64,000 nucleotides of DNA from Spirochaetaceae bacterium (GCA_965224705.1 OZ245056.1:800001-864000); one strand, 5' to 3'; shown: positions 45,567 through 55,987, counted from the stretch's first letter. Notes: generated by a model not told the origin, from the letters alone. Program-made: numbers and translations.

Positions 45567-47006
45567 ATGAGAATACAACATAGTTATATCAATGGGAAAT
45601 GGAAGCAGGGCGATCAGTCTATTTCCAACATCAACCCCTCTGATATTTCAGATAAGTTAGATGAGTTTTCACAAGCGAATGCAGCGCAGGTGAATGAGGC
45701 AATTTCGTCAGCCAAAGAAGCGCACAAAAATTGGTCAAAAACTCCACTAGAGCAGAGACAAAACATTTTGAAGAATATTGGTAGAGAGCTGATGAATCGA
45801 TCTGAAGAACTTGGGAAAATACTGAGTTTGGAAGAGGGAAAGAGCTTCGCCGAAGGCAAGGGAGAGGTGTTTCGTTCGGGACAGTTTTTCGACTATTTTG
45901 CAGGCGAAGTGTTACGGCAAATGGGCGAGACTGCCCAATCTGTACGACCCGATATTGATGTTGAGATAACGAGAGAAGCACTTGGAGTAGTGGGGATCAT
46001 TTCACCATGGAATTTTCCTATGGCAACAGCTGCATGGAAAATTGCGCCCGCTTTAGCATTCGGGAATTGCGTCGTTTGGAAACCCGCAAATCTTACTCCT
46101 GCAAGCGCAGTCGCATTGACCGAAATCATAGACAGGCAAAACCTCTCTGCAGGAGTGTTCAATCTCGTTTTGGGAAAAGGATCGGTTGCAGGTGATGCCT
46201 TGATAAATAATGAAGATATCGATGGTGTCACGTTTACGGGGTCAGTTTCGACTGGAAGAAGAATTGCCCAGGCAACATCGAAAAACTTCATCAAATGTCA
46301 ATTGGAAATGGGAAGCAAGAATGCTCTCGTCATTGCGGACGATGCAGATATGGAAACAGCCGTATCATCGGCAATTACCGGAGCATTTTCCGGCACAGGG
46401 CAGAAATGCACAGCATCTTCGAGAATCATCGTTGTAAAAAAGATATATGATGAATTCGTAGAAAAAATGATAGAGGCTGTAAAAACACTCAAAGTAGGAC
46501 ATGCACTACAAGAGGGTATTTTTATGGGACCTGTGGCAAGCCATGAACAATTGGAATCGAATATGAATTGGGTGAAAAAGATCAAAGATCACGGCGGAGT
46601 TTTAGCATGCGGCGGCAGCCTGCTTTCGCTCGAACATGAAGGTTACTATATGGCACCGACTCTCTTCATCGACACGAAAAATGAGTGGGAGGCAAATCAA
46701 GAAGAGATTTTTGCTCCTCTCGCCTGTGTGATAAAGGCGAATGACTTCGAGCATGCCGTTTCACTCGCAAACGATACACGATTTGGTCTCACCTCTGGTA
46801 TCGTTACACAGAGCCTAAAAAAGGCTACATTGTTTAAAAAACAGGCGCAATCGGGATGTGTAATGGTCAACCTTCCAACAGCCGGCACCGATTATCACGT
46901 GCCCTTCGGAGGTAGAAAAGAATCAAGTTATGGCCCAAGAGAGCAGGGGCAATATGCGAAAGAGTTTTATACAATTGTGAAAACTACGTATCAGAAACCT
47001 TCATGA
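45567..47006 (+). CDS. Aldehyde dehydrogenase, alpha-ketoglutarate semialdehyde dehydrogenase-like
   Basis: PWNFP, FTGS, LEMGSKN, GQKCTA, EEIFAP and NLPTAGTDYHVPFGGRKESSYGPREQG. Confidence 0.9.
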   Translation: MRIQHSYINGKWKQGDQSISNINPSDISDKLDEFSQANAAQVNEAISSAKEAHKNWSKTPLEQRQNILKNIGRELMNRSEELGKILSLEEGKSFAEGKGEVFRSGQFFDYFAGEVLRQMGETAQSVRPDIDVEITREALGVVGIISPWNFPMATAAWKIAPALAFGNCVVWKPANLTPASAVALTEIIDRQNLSAGVFNLVLGKGSVAGDALINNEDIDGVTFTGSVSTGRRIAQATSKNFIKCQLEMGSKNALVIADDADMETAVSSAITGAFSGTGQKCTASSRIIVVKKIYDEFVEKMIEAVKTLKVGHALQEGIFMGPVASHEQLESNMNWVKKIKDHGGVLACGGSLLSLEHEGYYMAPTLFIDTKNEWEANQEEIFAPLACVIKANDFEHAVSLANDTRFGLTSGIVTQSLKKATLFKKQAQSGCVMVNLPTAGTDYHVPFGGRKESSYGPREQGQYAKEFYTIVKTTYQKPS

Positions 47007-48001
47007 CGTATCACGAATCTATTGTTATTGATGGTTTACAATACTGCAAATGGGATGAAGAGTACTTCAGGTACTTAACAGAAAGCGGCATTACCGCAGT
47101 ACATGTGACACTTGTCTATCATGAGTTGGCGAAAGACACAATAAGGAATTTCATTCGATGGAACCGCTTCTTCGAGGAATATGCCCATTCGATTATCCAC
47201 ATCAAAAGTGCCAACGATATTTTGAATGCCAAAAAGGAAAAAAAAGTAGGTGTTTTTTTCGGTGCTCAAAACTGTTCCAGCATAGAAGATGATATTGGGC
47301 TCATTAAAGTATTCAGGCAATTAGGACTTCTCATCATGCAACTCACTTACAACAATCAAAGTTTGCTCGCAACTGGTTGTTTTGAAGAGAACGATACAGG
47401 CATTACCAGATTTGGGAGGCAGGTCATCAAGGAGATGAATCGAGCAGGAATGATTGTCGATATGTCTCATAGTGCCCAGCAGTCAACCCTGCAAGCCATT
47501 GATATTTCTTCAAGACCTATTTGCATCAGCCATGCGAACCCGTTGTTCGTACATACTTCGAAACGAAATAAATCCAGGGAAGTCATTCAGGCGCTCATCA
47601 GTAGAAAAGGGATTCTTGGGTTTAGCCTCTATCCATTTCACCTGCCAGATGGAGAGTCATGCACGATTGAACAATTCTGCGGCATGATTGCCAAAACTGC
47701 CGAATTGATAGGCGGGGTGGATGGACTCGCAATAGGCAGCGATCTATGTGCCAATCAACCGCAAGAGGTGCTTGATTGGATGCGTCGCGGCAGATGGTCA
47801 AATGAATTGGAATATGGCGAAGGCTCTTCTGCGAACATAGGATGGCCCAAACCACTTCCATGGTTTTGCGATGAGAAAGGAATGGAGAACATTTTTCAAG
47901 CACTTCTTAAACATGGGTTCCGTGATGATGATGTAAAAAAAATCATCGGAGAGAACTGGCTGAACTTCCTGGATGAATCTCTTGTGCCAATTTCGGGTTG
48001 A
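47003..48001 (+). CDS. Membrane-dipeptidase (M19)-like amidohydrolase
   Basis: QLTYN, VDMSH, ISHAN, IGSD and GENWL motifs; no signal peptide. Confidence 0.88.
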   Translation: MTYHESIVIDGLQYCKWDEEYFRYLTESGITAVHVTLVYHELAKDTIRNFIRWNRFFEEYAHSIIHIKSANDILNAKKEKKVGVFFGAQNCSSIEDDIGLIKVFRQLGLLIMQLTYNNQSLLATGCFEENDTGITRFGRQVIKEMNRAGMIVDMSHSAQQSTLQAIDISSRPICISHANPLFVHTSKRNKSREVIQALISRKGILGFSLYPFHLPDGESCTIEQFCGMIAKTAELIGGVDGLAIGSDLCANQPQEVLDWMRRGRWSNELEYGEGSSANIGWPKPLPWFCDEKGMENIFQALLKHGFRDDDVKKIIGENWLNFLDESLVPISG

Positions 48002-48155
48002 AATGACTATCCTCTGAAAGAAGACGGGACCATGAACCCGGAATGCCGCCAGGAAAGAAAATTCTGGGCAAAGTAATACGATTGCCCTGCGTTTTTTCAG
48101 GCATTGAGTGTATTACTCTTTGCTTATATGATAACTTAAGAGATCTCAATTCATC

Positions 48156-49310
48156 ATGCGTACCAGATACTTCCATCTAAACGGCGATAACACCAGTATC
48201 AAGGCTCTTATATATGAACAGCCCGATCATGGAATCTCAAAAAACGCCATAGAAATTGATGCCAGGAAGATATGCAATCGCCTGAAATCCCAGGGTCATG
48301 AAGCCTACATCGTGGGCGGAGCCATTAGAGATCTACTGTTGAAACATGAACCCAAGGATTTTGATATTGCAACTGATGCTCCCCCCGATCGAGTGAGGCG
48401 GCTATTCAGAAATTCCCGAATTATCGGTAAACGATTCCGTCTGATTCATGTTTATTATCCAGGTGGTAAAGTCCATGAAGTGGCTACTTTCCGATCTCTG
48501 GAATCAGCCAGTCACAGCCATATCTATGGAACACTCAATGAAGATGTCATGCGGCGAGATTTCACTCTGAATGCTCTTTATTTCGATACAGAAGAGGAGA
48601 CTGTGATAGATTTCGTAGGAGGAGTCAAGGATATCCGAAACAAAGTGGTGAAAAGCGTCCTTCCCTTAGAAACATCTTTTACTGATGATCCAGTACGCAT
48701 GCTCAGAGCCGTAAAGTATGCTGCCATGTCCGGATTTCGAATTGCGCCCTCAGTGGGCAGGAGAATAAAGCAGCAGTCTTCACTTTTATCAATGGCTTCA
48801 AACTCACGGCTTTCTGAAGAACTGTATAAAATTATAAAAAGTAGAAATGCTGAAATTATCTTCAGGCTGATGGATCGATATAAACTGATCCAGTACATGC
48901 TTCCTCATTTTGACATGGCATTTCGCCGCAATACAGGACGATCCAGATTACTGAAGGAAAACTTCTTCCTCAGCCTTGCAAAACTGGATCAGAAACTGAT
49001 ACAGAATGAAATCAGCCGGGGGACCATGATCCGATTCTTAACAGAAGAGATCCTGGTGTCTGCCGATGCTTTTGTAGAAAATGATAATTCACCGCCTCAG
49101 TTTTCTGAAGTTGTTCAGGCCCTCAAGATGCTGCTTCGACCTGTAATTCAGCCAAACAGGGATGTGGAGGAAGCCGTTCGTCTGATGTTTACCGAGCGAA
49201 ATCTGAAGCTGCCCAGGAAACGTCCCCGGCATTCCGACTCCCGTGCTGGAGGGCGGCAGCGTTACAGGGGGCGTCATCGGAAGGGATATCCTGCCGACAA
49301 ACCCAATTAA
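48156..49310 (+). CDS. pcnB: Poly(A) polymerase I
   Basis: VGGAIRD, DFDIAT, RRDFT and DDPVRMLR, plus the PAP-diagnostic IIGKRFRLIHV. Confidence 0.88.
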   Translation: MRTRYFHLNGDNTSIKALIYEQPDHGISKNAIEIDARKICNRLKSQGHEAYIVGGAIRDLLLKHEPKDFDIATDAPPDRVRRLFRNSRIIGKRFRLIHVYYPGGKVHEVATFRSLESASHSHIYGTLNEDVMRRDFTLNALYFDTEEETVIDFVGGVKDIRNKVVKSVLPLETSFTDDPVRMLRAVKYAAMSGFRIAPSVGRRIKQQSSLLSMASNSRLSEELYKIIKSRNAEIIFRLMDRYKLIQYMLPHFDMAFRRNTGRSRLLKENFFLSLAKLDQKLIQNEISRGTMIRFLTEEILVSADAFVENDNSPPQFSEVVQALKMLLRPVIQPNRDVEEAVRLMFTERNLKLPRKRPRHSDSRAGGRQRYRGRHRKGYPADKPN

Positions 49311-49312
49311 TT

Positions 49313-50269
49313 CTAATTCTGGATCTCGGGGTTTTCATGCTCGTCTGACACCCATTCCTTACCTCGCCTGGTAACCCCCGCAACAACCAGATCCAATTCC
49401 CCAATCATTATACCTGTAAACTTTTCAATCCGGTTTACGGTGTATTTTTGCAGTGCGTGGAGGCTGCCAGTCAGTTCATTGTCATAAGGTATTTCGATCT
49501 CAGCACGCACATTGTAAACACCTTTATGAGGACGAATCCTTATCTTTTTGACTGTGAGTTCTTCATTGAATTCATCCGCACAGTGAGCGATCAACTGCCC
49601 TATTGCCTGCTCACTTATAGAGATTTTTCCTCTTGACTCATTATGAAAGGACGGTTGCACAACTGCCTTTTCATAGATCTTTTGAGAGGTTTTCCTGTGA
49701 CTGCCGAATCCTCTGCCCATCTTGAAGAGTATTCTGATGGATTTTGAAAGGAGCTGTGGATAATCTCTTTCCACCTGTATCAAGGGTACAGGGATTACAT
49801 GTTTGCCTTCTTCATTTCGTGAACGCAGGGCCTTTTCAATGTCTTCTGTCGTGGATATTTCTTCAATTTGGATGACTCTTACTGGAGGTGGAAGTTGAAG
49901 GCGTTCCGCTGTTCGGGCAATCATGCGCTCTGATGTACCAAGCAGGAGAATTTTTTTTATCTTCCTTGATTGAATAGCTTTAATCATTTCATGTCTGTGC
50001 AGGGGATCATCAAAGAGAGCTGTTCGAATCGCACTCATATATACTTTTTCACGTTTTGCCGACTTGCCTGCGACAATATTGTTCTCGTGAATCATCAATC
50101 CATCGTCAATGATGTAGTCAATTTTGAATTTCTCAGCGATGAGCTTGGCCCGAAAACTCTTGCCTGTACCGCTCTTACCAACTAAGGCATAGACACGAAT
50201 TCCTCCCATAAGGGTTTTCAGTCTGTCCCAAAGGTGTGCTCGACGGCGAATCCTTATGTCATTGCCCAT
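49313..50269 (-). CDS. P-loop protein with a C-terminal Asp23/Gls24-like domain
   Basis: LVGKSGTGKSFRA, IIDDG and GKHVIPVP; C-terminal LQKYTVNRIEKFTGIMI; GGAGAGG RBS before 50269. Confidence 0.7.
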   Translation of the reverse strand: MGNDIRIRRRAHLWDRLKTLMGGIRVYALVGKSGTGKSFRAKLIAEKFKIDYIIDDGLMIHENNIVAGKSAKREKVYMSAIRTALFDDPLHRHEMIKAIQSRKIKKILLLGTSERMIARTAERLQLPPPVRVIQIEEISTTEDIEKALRSRNEEGKHVIPVPLIQVERDYPQLLSKSIRILFKMGRGFGSHRKTSQKIYEKAVVQPSFHNESRGKISISEQAIGQLIAHCADEFNEELTVKKIRIRPHKGVYNVRAEIEIPYDNELTGSLHALQKYTVNRIEKFTGIMIGELDLVVAGVTRRGKEWVSDEHENPEIQN

Positions 50270-50376
50270 TTCTGACCTCTCCATATTCTGACGCATTGCT
50301 TGACAAGGTTCCATCCCCTGGTAAGAATACCGATGTGCCAGCAGTGAGATTCCCAACTATCAAGCACAAAAAAAGC

Positions 50377-51876
50377 ATGATCAGGCTTTCATTACTCTCT
50401 ATTGTTATAATCATAACAGTGTGTACAGGAGTGGTACTCCACAGTCATTCCCAAAGATCCCAGTATTGGCCGGGATGGTATATCTTGCGTGTGCCATCAG
50501 AAGTCGATGAAAAAAAGGTTATTGAAACACTGGAAATGCATGACATCGACAATTTCAAAGCCCCTTCCACAACGACTATCCAATACATGGCCATTCCCGA
50601 TATGCAATCCATAACAGTTAATCAGATTGACAATGTACTGGTTAAGGGGGATCCCCGCCGGGATCCCTTTCTGCAAAATGTTGAGAATCTTTTCCTTTCC
50701 GGTGATTCCTACATCATCTATCTCCCGGCCTCCCGAAGCATTACCACGTATCGGAAGATCATCAGAGAATCACCCATACTTGAAAACACAGTTCTGCTGG
50801 ATGATGTAAGACGCCGCAATTTCCTTGTTTTGTGGTTATTTCTATTCCTCATTGGGGGGCTTGGCTGCATGCTGCCATGCAATCCCGCAGCCTTTCTCAC
50901 TTCATCTCTTCCCATGGGTTTAATCGTCCTTGTCAGTGGTTTAACCTCCGTTTTCATCTGCCTTTCTTTATGCAGTTTCGCAGTGTGTCGATATGTTTTT
51001 GGCCGATTATCGGCTGTCATTTCTGTGACTGGCAGCCTGATTGTGATTTATACAGCCTGGGTTCAGTTCCCTCTGTGGGTTTTTTTGGTTTTGATCATTG
51101 CCGCATCCGGCACTGAAATCCTGTCATTTGGATTACACAGATCTCAGGACGCCGTGCCAGATCATGAAAAATCGACTCCCGGAATCACTCAGCGCTATAA
51201 AAGAAGAGATCACCAACTGTTTGAACCAGTATTTTTGACACAGCGGCCAGACCCTCCCCGCTTACCAAAAAGGTGGAGAACCACGATTATAAACAATCTC
51301 TCAGTTGTGTTGATTCTTCCATTTACAATAATGGTGTATCAATCCAGAAGTCATGAACCTGTGCCTGCTGCCTACAATCCTTCCGGTAACTATGAATCCA
51401 TATCGGCCCTTCATGCCCTGAATACCGGAACCAAACCTGACAACCTGCCTGATATCTCAGATCTTATTTCATCCATTGCCTATCAGGAGGGATTGATGAA
51501 TGGCGCACAATTCAAATTGCCCATTCCGGGAACCAGACTCCAGAAGAATCAATACCGCCAGGAAGGCAGGAAAATCATCTCCCAGCCAATTTCGGTCGTG
51601 AATTATGATGCCCGGTGGTATCGCCAGACAATACTCCAGGCTTTTTCTCAGGGCATTGGAACTCTATATTCTACCCATAGTGGTCCATCCCGGATAATTC
51701 ATGCTGTTCAGCCAATGGATGCAATCACGATGCCTCCATTCCTTCTCCAGGTACTGATCGTGCTGATGCTGCTTTGCACTTTGAATTTCTCCAGTTTCCG
51801 GTATGAGGGGCTGCTGAAACTTGGAAACAGATTTCTCCTGATTAGAAATATCAATAAGAAAGCTGAGGCAGCATGA
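50377..51876 (+). CDS. Membrane protein of unknown function, coupled to rnfC
   Basis: Several TM segments; the stop overlaps the rnfC ATG (ATGA). Confidence 0.65.
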   Translation: MIRLSLLSIVIIITVCTGVVLHSHSQRSQYWPGWYILRVPSEVDEKKVIETLEMHDIDNFKAPSTTTIQYMAIPDMQSITVNQIDNVLVKGDPRRDPFLQNVENLFLSGDSYIIYLPASRSITTYRKIIRESPILENTVLLDDVRRRNFLVLWLFLFLIGGLGCMLPCNPAAFLTSSLPMGLIVLVSGLTSVFICLSLCSFAVCRYVFGRLSAVISVTGSLIVIYTAWVQFPLWVFLVLIIAASGTEILSFGLHRSQDAVPDHEKSTPGITQRYKRRDHQLFEPVFLTQRPDPPRLPKRWRTTIINNLSVVLILPFTIMVYQSRSHEPVPAAYNPSGNYESISALHALNTGTKPDNLPDISDLISSIAYQEGLMNGAQFKLPIPGTRLQKNQYRQEGRKIISQPISVVNYDARWYRQTILQAFSQGIGTLYSTHSGPSRIIHAVQPMDAITMPPFLLQVLIVLMLLCTLNFSSFRYEGLLKLGNRFLLIRNINKKAEAA

Positions 51877-53204
51877 GTAAATTGCGATCATTCAGTCGTG
51901 GTGGTATACATCCTTCCGTATCGAGAAATATCACTGCTGGTAAAGCAATTAAAAATGCACCCTTCCCGGCAACAGCCATCGTTCCCCTCTCCCAGCATGT
52001 AGGAAGCCCATCCAGGCTTCTTGTTTCCGTTGGTGACAGAGTACAGGAAACCCAGATCATTGGTGAGCCGACAGGATTCATGTCTGCGGCAATTCATTCT
52101 CCTATCCCGGGAGAAGTTAAAGAAATCCGAACAATTTACCTGCCCAGCGGTGTGAAAACTCAGGCCGTTGTAATTGAACTTGGCGGTGAGTTCTCATTAT
52201 TCAACGGAGATAATGTAACGAGGAATTGGGCGAGTCTTGCCCGTAATGAAATCCTGGAGATTCTCAAAAATAAAGGTGTCGTAGGACAGGGAGGTGCAAC
52301 CTTTCCTGCTCATGTTAAATTTACCATCCCCAAAAGTCGCAAAGTGGAAGCTTTTCTTGTGAATGCTTCTGAATGCGAGCCCTATCTTACAGCTGATTAC
52401 AGAGTGATGCTTGAGCATATGGACGATCTTATTGAAGGCCTTGGTATTGCTCGTAAAATTCTGGATCCAGGCCGCATTGTGGTGGGAATAGAAGCCGATA
52501 AAATGGATGCTCTGAAAGTTTTCACGGATGCAAGCAGGGATCATGATATCGAAGTTGTTCCTCTCAAGACAAAGTATCCACAAGGAGCCGAGAAGAATCT
52601 AATCGAATCCCTGCTTGGAATTGAGGTACCTTCAGGAAAATTGCCCATTGAAGTGGGCGTTATAAATGCCAATGTAGGCACTCTGATTTCAATTTGCAGA
52701 GCTGTTCGGAATGATGAACCTGTAATCAGCAGGGTGTTGACCGTTGCGGGAGGGGGGATCAAAAACCCGGGGAACTTCTTTACCCGTATTGGAACTCCTG
52801 TCAAAGATCTCATCGATGAATGCGGTGGACTTGTCAATAACCCAATCAAGCTCATCTGCGGTGGACCCATGATGGGGTTTGCGTTCACCGATCTCAATAC
52901 TCCGGTTACCAAGGGAACAAACGGTATACTGGCTCTCACGGCTGAAGAAGTGAAGTACTATGCTCAAACAGCCTGTTTATCCTGTGGGAAATGCATTGAG
53001 GCCTGTCCCATGGGGCTTTCTCCAACGTTTCTGTATAAGAATACTGACAGCCAGCGACTTGAGGAAGCCGCGAATTTCGGTCTTGCCGATTGTATTTTAT
53101 GCGGTGCATGTGCCTATGTCTGTCCAGCCCATATACCTCTTGTTTCTGCTTTTCGGGCAGCACGCGGACGGCAGCGGCGATTAAGTACCAGGAAGAAGAG
53201 ATAG
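51873..53204 (+). CDS. rnfC: Rnf complex subunit C
   Basis: GGIHP, GQGGATFP, ECEPYLTAD, KYPQGAEK, GGPMMG and two CxxCxxCxxxCP motifs. Confidence 0.95.
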   Translation: MSKLRSFSRGGIHPSVSRNITAGKAIKNAPFPATAIVPLSQHVGSPSRLLVSVGDRVQETQIIGEPTGFMSAAIHSPIPGEVKEIRTIYLPSGVKTQAVVIELGGEFSLFNGDNVTRNWASLARNEILEILKNKGVVGQGGATFPAHVKFTIPKSRKVEAFLVNASECEPYLTADYRVMLEHMDDLIEGLGIARKILDPGRIVVGIEADKMDALKVFTDASRDHDIEVVPLKTKYPQGAEKNLIESLLGIEVPSGKLPIEVGVINANVGTLISICRAVRNDEPVISRVLTVAGGGIKNPGNFFTRIGTPVKDLIDECGGLVNNPIKLICGGPMMGFAFTDLNTPVTKGTNGILALTAEEVKYYAQTACLSCGKCIEACPMGLSPTFLYKNTDSQRLEEAANFGLADCILCGACAYVCPAHIPLVSAFRAARGRQRRLSTRKKR

Positions 53205-53205
53205 A

Positions 53206-54219
53206 ATGGATTCCAGACTCATAGTATCAAGTTCACCGCAGATTCATTCTCGGGGATCAACGACTGCGATAATGGCCTGGGTACTGATAGCCCTTGTCCC
53301 GGCTGGTGTCTGGAGCATTGTTCTGTTTGGATTGCGGTCTGTCATTGTGATACTTGTTTCTTCTGGTGCGGCTGTGCTTACTGAGTACTTGATGAACCGT
53401 TTTTTCAAGAGGGAGAATACACTGAGAGACTTGAGTGCACTTGTGACCGGGGTTCTGGTTGGCTTCAACATGCCTCCTCATGTGCCATTATTCATGCCGA
53501 TCATTGCCTCCATGTTTGCCATAGCCGTAGTAAAGTGGAGTTTTGGCGGTTTGGGGGCCAATTGGATGAATCCTGCTCTTGCAGGAAGGGTTTTTGTTTT
53601 TTTCTCATGGGATTCATCCATGACTCAGTGGACATTGCCTGGACGAGCCGGTGGTCTGGATGCCTTGAGTGGGGCCACTCCGCTGGGAAGTGTCAAAGTG
53701 GCTCTTAACGAATTGACAACTGGTATCAGCGGCCCCCTGGATGTTTTGAAATCAATTGGAACTCCAATAACTTATCTTGACCTTTTCCTTGGCCATATTC
53801 CCGGCTCTCTGGGAGAGATGTCAGCATTGCTTCTGATTCTTGGAGGGACTCTCCTCATAATGCTCCGTATTGTCAATTGGGAAATACCTCTGGTCTATCT
53901 CACTACTTTTGCACTGCTCATATGGATGTTTGACGGTACTCAGTACGGGAGTGGGCTTTTTACCGGGGATGCCTTATTTCATCTCCTCAGCGGAGGGGTG
54001 ATGCTTGGTGCCTTTTTTATGGCGAGCGATCTTGTAACCTCCCCATTGATTTTCAAGGGCAGGGTAATATTCGCTGCAGGGTGCGGTCTCCTCACGTTTC
54101 TTATTCGGAGTTATGGGAGTTTGCCAGAGGGAGCGAGTCTTGCCATCATTTTTATGAATATCCTTACGCCCCTCATCGATAAGTATGTTGTTCCCAATCG
54201 ATACGGGGTGGACTCATGA
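53206..54219 (+). CDS. rnfD: Rnf complex subunit D
   Basis: SSSPQIH, FGGLGANWMNPAL and the SGATPL FMN-attachment motif. Confidence 0.95.
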   Translation: MDSRLIVSSSPQIHSRGSTTAIMAWVLIALVPAGVWSIVLFGLRSVIVILVSSGAAVLTEYLMNRFFKRENTLRDLSALVTGVLVGFNMPPHVPLFMPIIASMFAIAVVKWSFGGLGANWMNPALAGRVFVFFSWDSSMTQWTLPGRAGGLDALSGATPLGSVKVALNELTTGISGPLDVLKSIGTPITYLDLFLGHIPGSLGEMSALLLILGGTLLIMLRIVNWEIPLVYLTTFALLIWMFDGTQYGSGLFTGDALFHLLSGGVMLGAFFMASDLVTSPLIFKGRVIFAAGCGLLTFLIRSYGSLPEGASLAIIFMNILTPLIDKYVVPNRYGVDS

Positions 54220-54755
54220 GTCCTCTGGTCAGTAAATCTATTAAACTTGGAATTATAGGCGGTATTGCAGCCTTATTGCTTTCCGTTGCCAATTACTTTA
54301 CCGAACCGGCCATTGCCAGTTTACGGCAGATGGAAATCCAGACGATGCTCAATCTTTTATCTGGTGATTACACTCCAGGGGACAGGGAAGATATTCAGGT
54401 TAAAAATGTGATCAGCAGATGGCCTGTTAATCCCGATAAGGGTTGGATATTGGAACTTACAGGTATAGGCTATGGGGGGGAGATGACGATTATGACCGCT
54501 TATGACAGAGATGGAAGTGTAAAAGCCGCAAGACTCCTGAACAATAATGAAACAGTCGGGATTGGGAAAAAGGCCGAGACGGCAGACTATATGAATATAT
54601 TCATCGGTAAAGGGGGTGCAATTCCCATCCCGCGAACCAAGAACCAGCTGGAAGAACATGTTGATATGGTATCCGGAGCAACTATCACTTTTTCAGGAAT
54701 TGCCCGGACCATAGCTCAGGGATCGGATCTGGTTAAAGAATGGGGGGCTCAATGA
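54216..54755 (+). CDS. rnfG: Rnf complex subunit G
   Basis: GYGG, ETVGIG and the VSGATIT FMN motif. Confidence 0.9.
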   Translation: MSPLVSKSIKLGIIGGIAALLLSVANYFTEPAIASLRQMEIQTMLNLLSGDYTPGDREDIQVKNVISRWPVNPDKGWILELTGIGYGGEMTIMTAYDRDGSVKAARLLNNNETVGIGKKAETADYMNIFIGKGGAIPIPRTKNQLEEHVDMVSGATITFSGIARTIAQGSDLVKEWGAQ

Positions 54756-55396
54756 AGAAACTATCTGGTGGTCTTATACTTGAAAATCCCATATTGATGA
54801 TGGGATTGGGACTGTGTCCATCGCTGGCGGTGTCAACAACAGTGAGCAATGCACTGGGCATGAGTATTGCAACATTTTTAGTACTGCTGGGTTCAAATAC
54901 GGTCATAAGCAGTCTGAGAAAGCATATTCCTGATGACATTCATATTCCTGCTTATATTGTTATAATTGCAACCTTCGTTTCACTGATTGATATGCTTCTG
55001 CAGGCCTATCAGCCGGAGCTTTCAAAATCTCTTGGGATTTTCATTCCCCTCATTGTGGTAAACTGTATTATTCTGGGAAGAGCAGAAGCCTTTGCACGAA
55101 AAAACACCATCAAATCCTCTATTATTGATGCGGTTATCATGGGTTCGGGATTTGCGTTCGGTTTAACACTGATCGCACTGATCCGGGAGATTCTGGGGGC
55201 TGGAACGATTACAATCCTTCCTGACGGAAAATCGTTTCACATTCCCGGTTTGTCCAACTTTCCTGCCCGTGTTTTTGGCTATCCGGCTGGAGCGCTTATA
55301 GTTGTCGGATTTCTACAAGCATTCTTTCGATGGTTGGGGAGAAATCCTTCCCCGTCAAAGGGTAATGACAGACAGGGTGAGGAAAGACAGGGATGA
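54752..55396 (+). CDS. rnfE: Rnf complex subunit E
   Basis: LGLCPSLAV and IPLIVVNCIILGRAEAFA motifs. Confidence 0.95.
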   Translation: MKKLSGGLILENPILMMGLGLCPSLAVSTTVSNALGMSIATFLVLLGSNTVISSLRKHIPDDIHIPAYIVIIATFVSLIDMLLQAYQPELSKSLGIFIPLIVVNCIILGRAEAFARKNTIKSSIIDAVIMGSGFAFGLTLIALIREILGAGTITILPDGKSFHIPGLSNFPARVFGYPAGALIVVGFLQAFFRWLGRNPSPSKGNDRQGEERQG

Positions 55397-55986
55397 CATA
55401 CATTGGAATCATTTTTACTTATGTCTTTGTCAGCAACCTTGTGCTGACTCAGTTCCTTGGATTATGTCCATTTATAGGAGTCTCCAATAAAACAGAAAAT
55501 GCTGCAGGCATGGGCTTTGCTGTAATATTCGTCATGTCCACTGCCACACTGATTACATGGGCCTTCCATAATTTTGTTTTAAAGCCTTTGAGCATTGAAT
55601 ATCTACAGACTGTAATTTTTATTCTTGTCATTGCATCGCTGGTTCAACTTGTTGAAATCGTTGTACGAAAGACTTCTCCGCCACTATACCAGGCCCTGGG
55701 GATTTACTTACCTCTAATCACCACAAACTGTGGTGTGTTGGGTATTGCACTGATCAGTGTCCGGGAAGAATACAATGCCATTGAGAGTCTCTCCGCCGGA
55801 TTTTCAGCTGGTGTAGGATTTTTTCTTGCTCTTTTTCTCATGTCCGCTATTCGTGAACGACTGGATACGGAGAAAGTTCCCCAATATCTTAGAGGCACTC
55901 CCATAGCTTTTATCTCCGGCGGTTTGATGGCACTGGCTTTTATGGCTTTCGACCGTGCTCTGTTGGTCAATATGATTGGAGGTTAG
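55393..55986 (+). CDS. rnfA: Rnf complex subunit A
   Basis: FLGLCPFIGVS and LPLITTNCGVLG motifs. Confidence 0.95.
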   Translation: MTYIGIIFTYVFVSNLVLTQFLGLCPFIGVSNKTENAAGMGFAVIFVMSTATLITWAFHNFVLKPLSIEYLQTVIFILVIASLVQLVEIVVRKTSPPLYQALGIYLPLITTNCGVLGIALISVREEYNAIESLSAGFSAGVGFFLALFLMSAIRERLDTEKVPQYLRGTPIAFISGGLMALAFMAFDRALLVNMIGG

Positions 55987-55987
55987 G

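Noticed and set aside
40992..48001. Island as a known ergothioneine, carnitine, glycine-betaine or hydroxyproline-betaine pathway
   Set aside because: The hallmark enzymes (ergothionase/urocanase-like, Cai CoA-transferases, Rieske demethylase, enolase-family epimerase) are not present.
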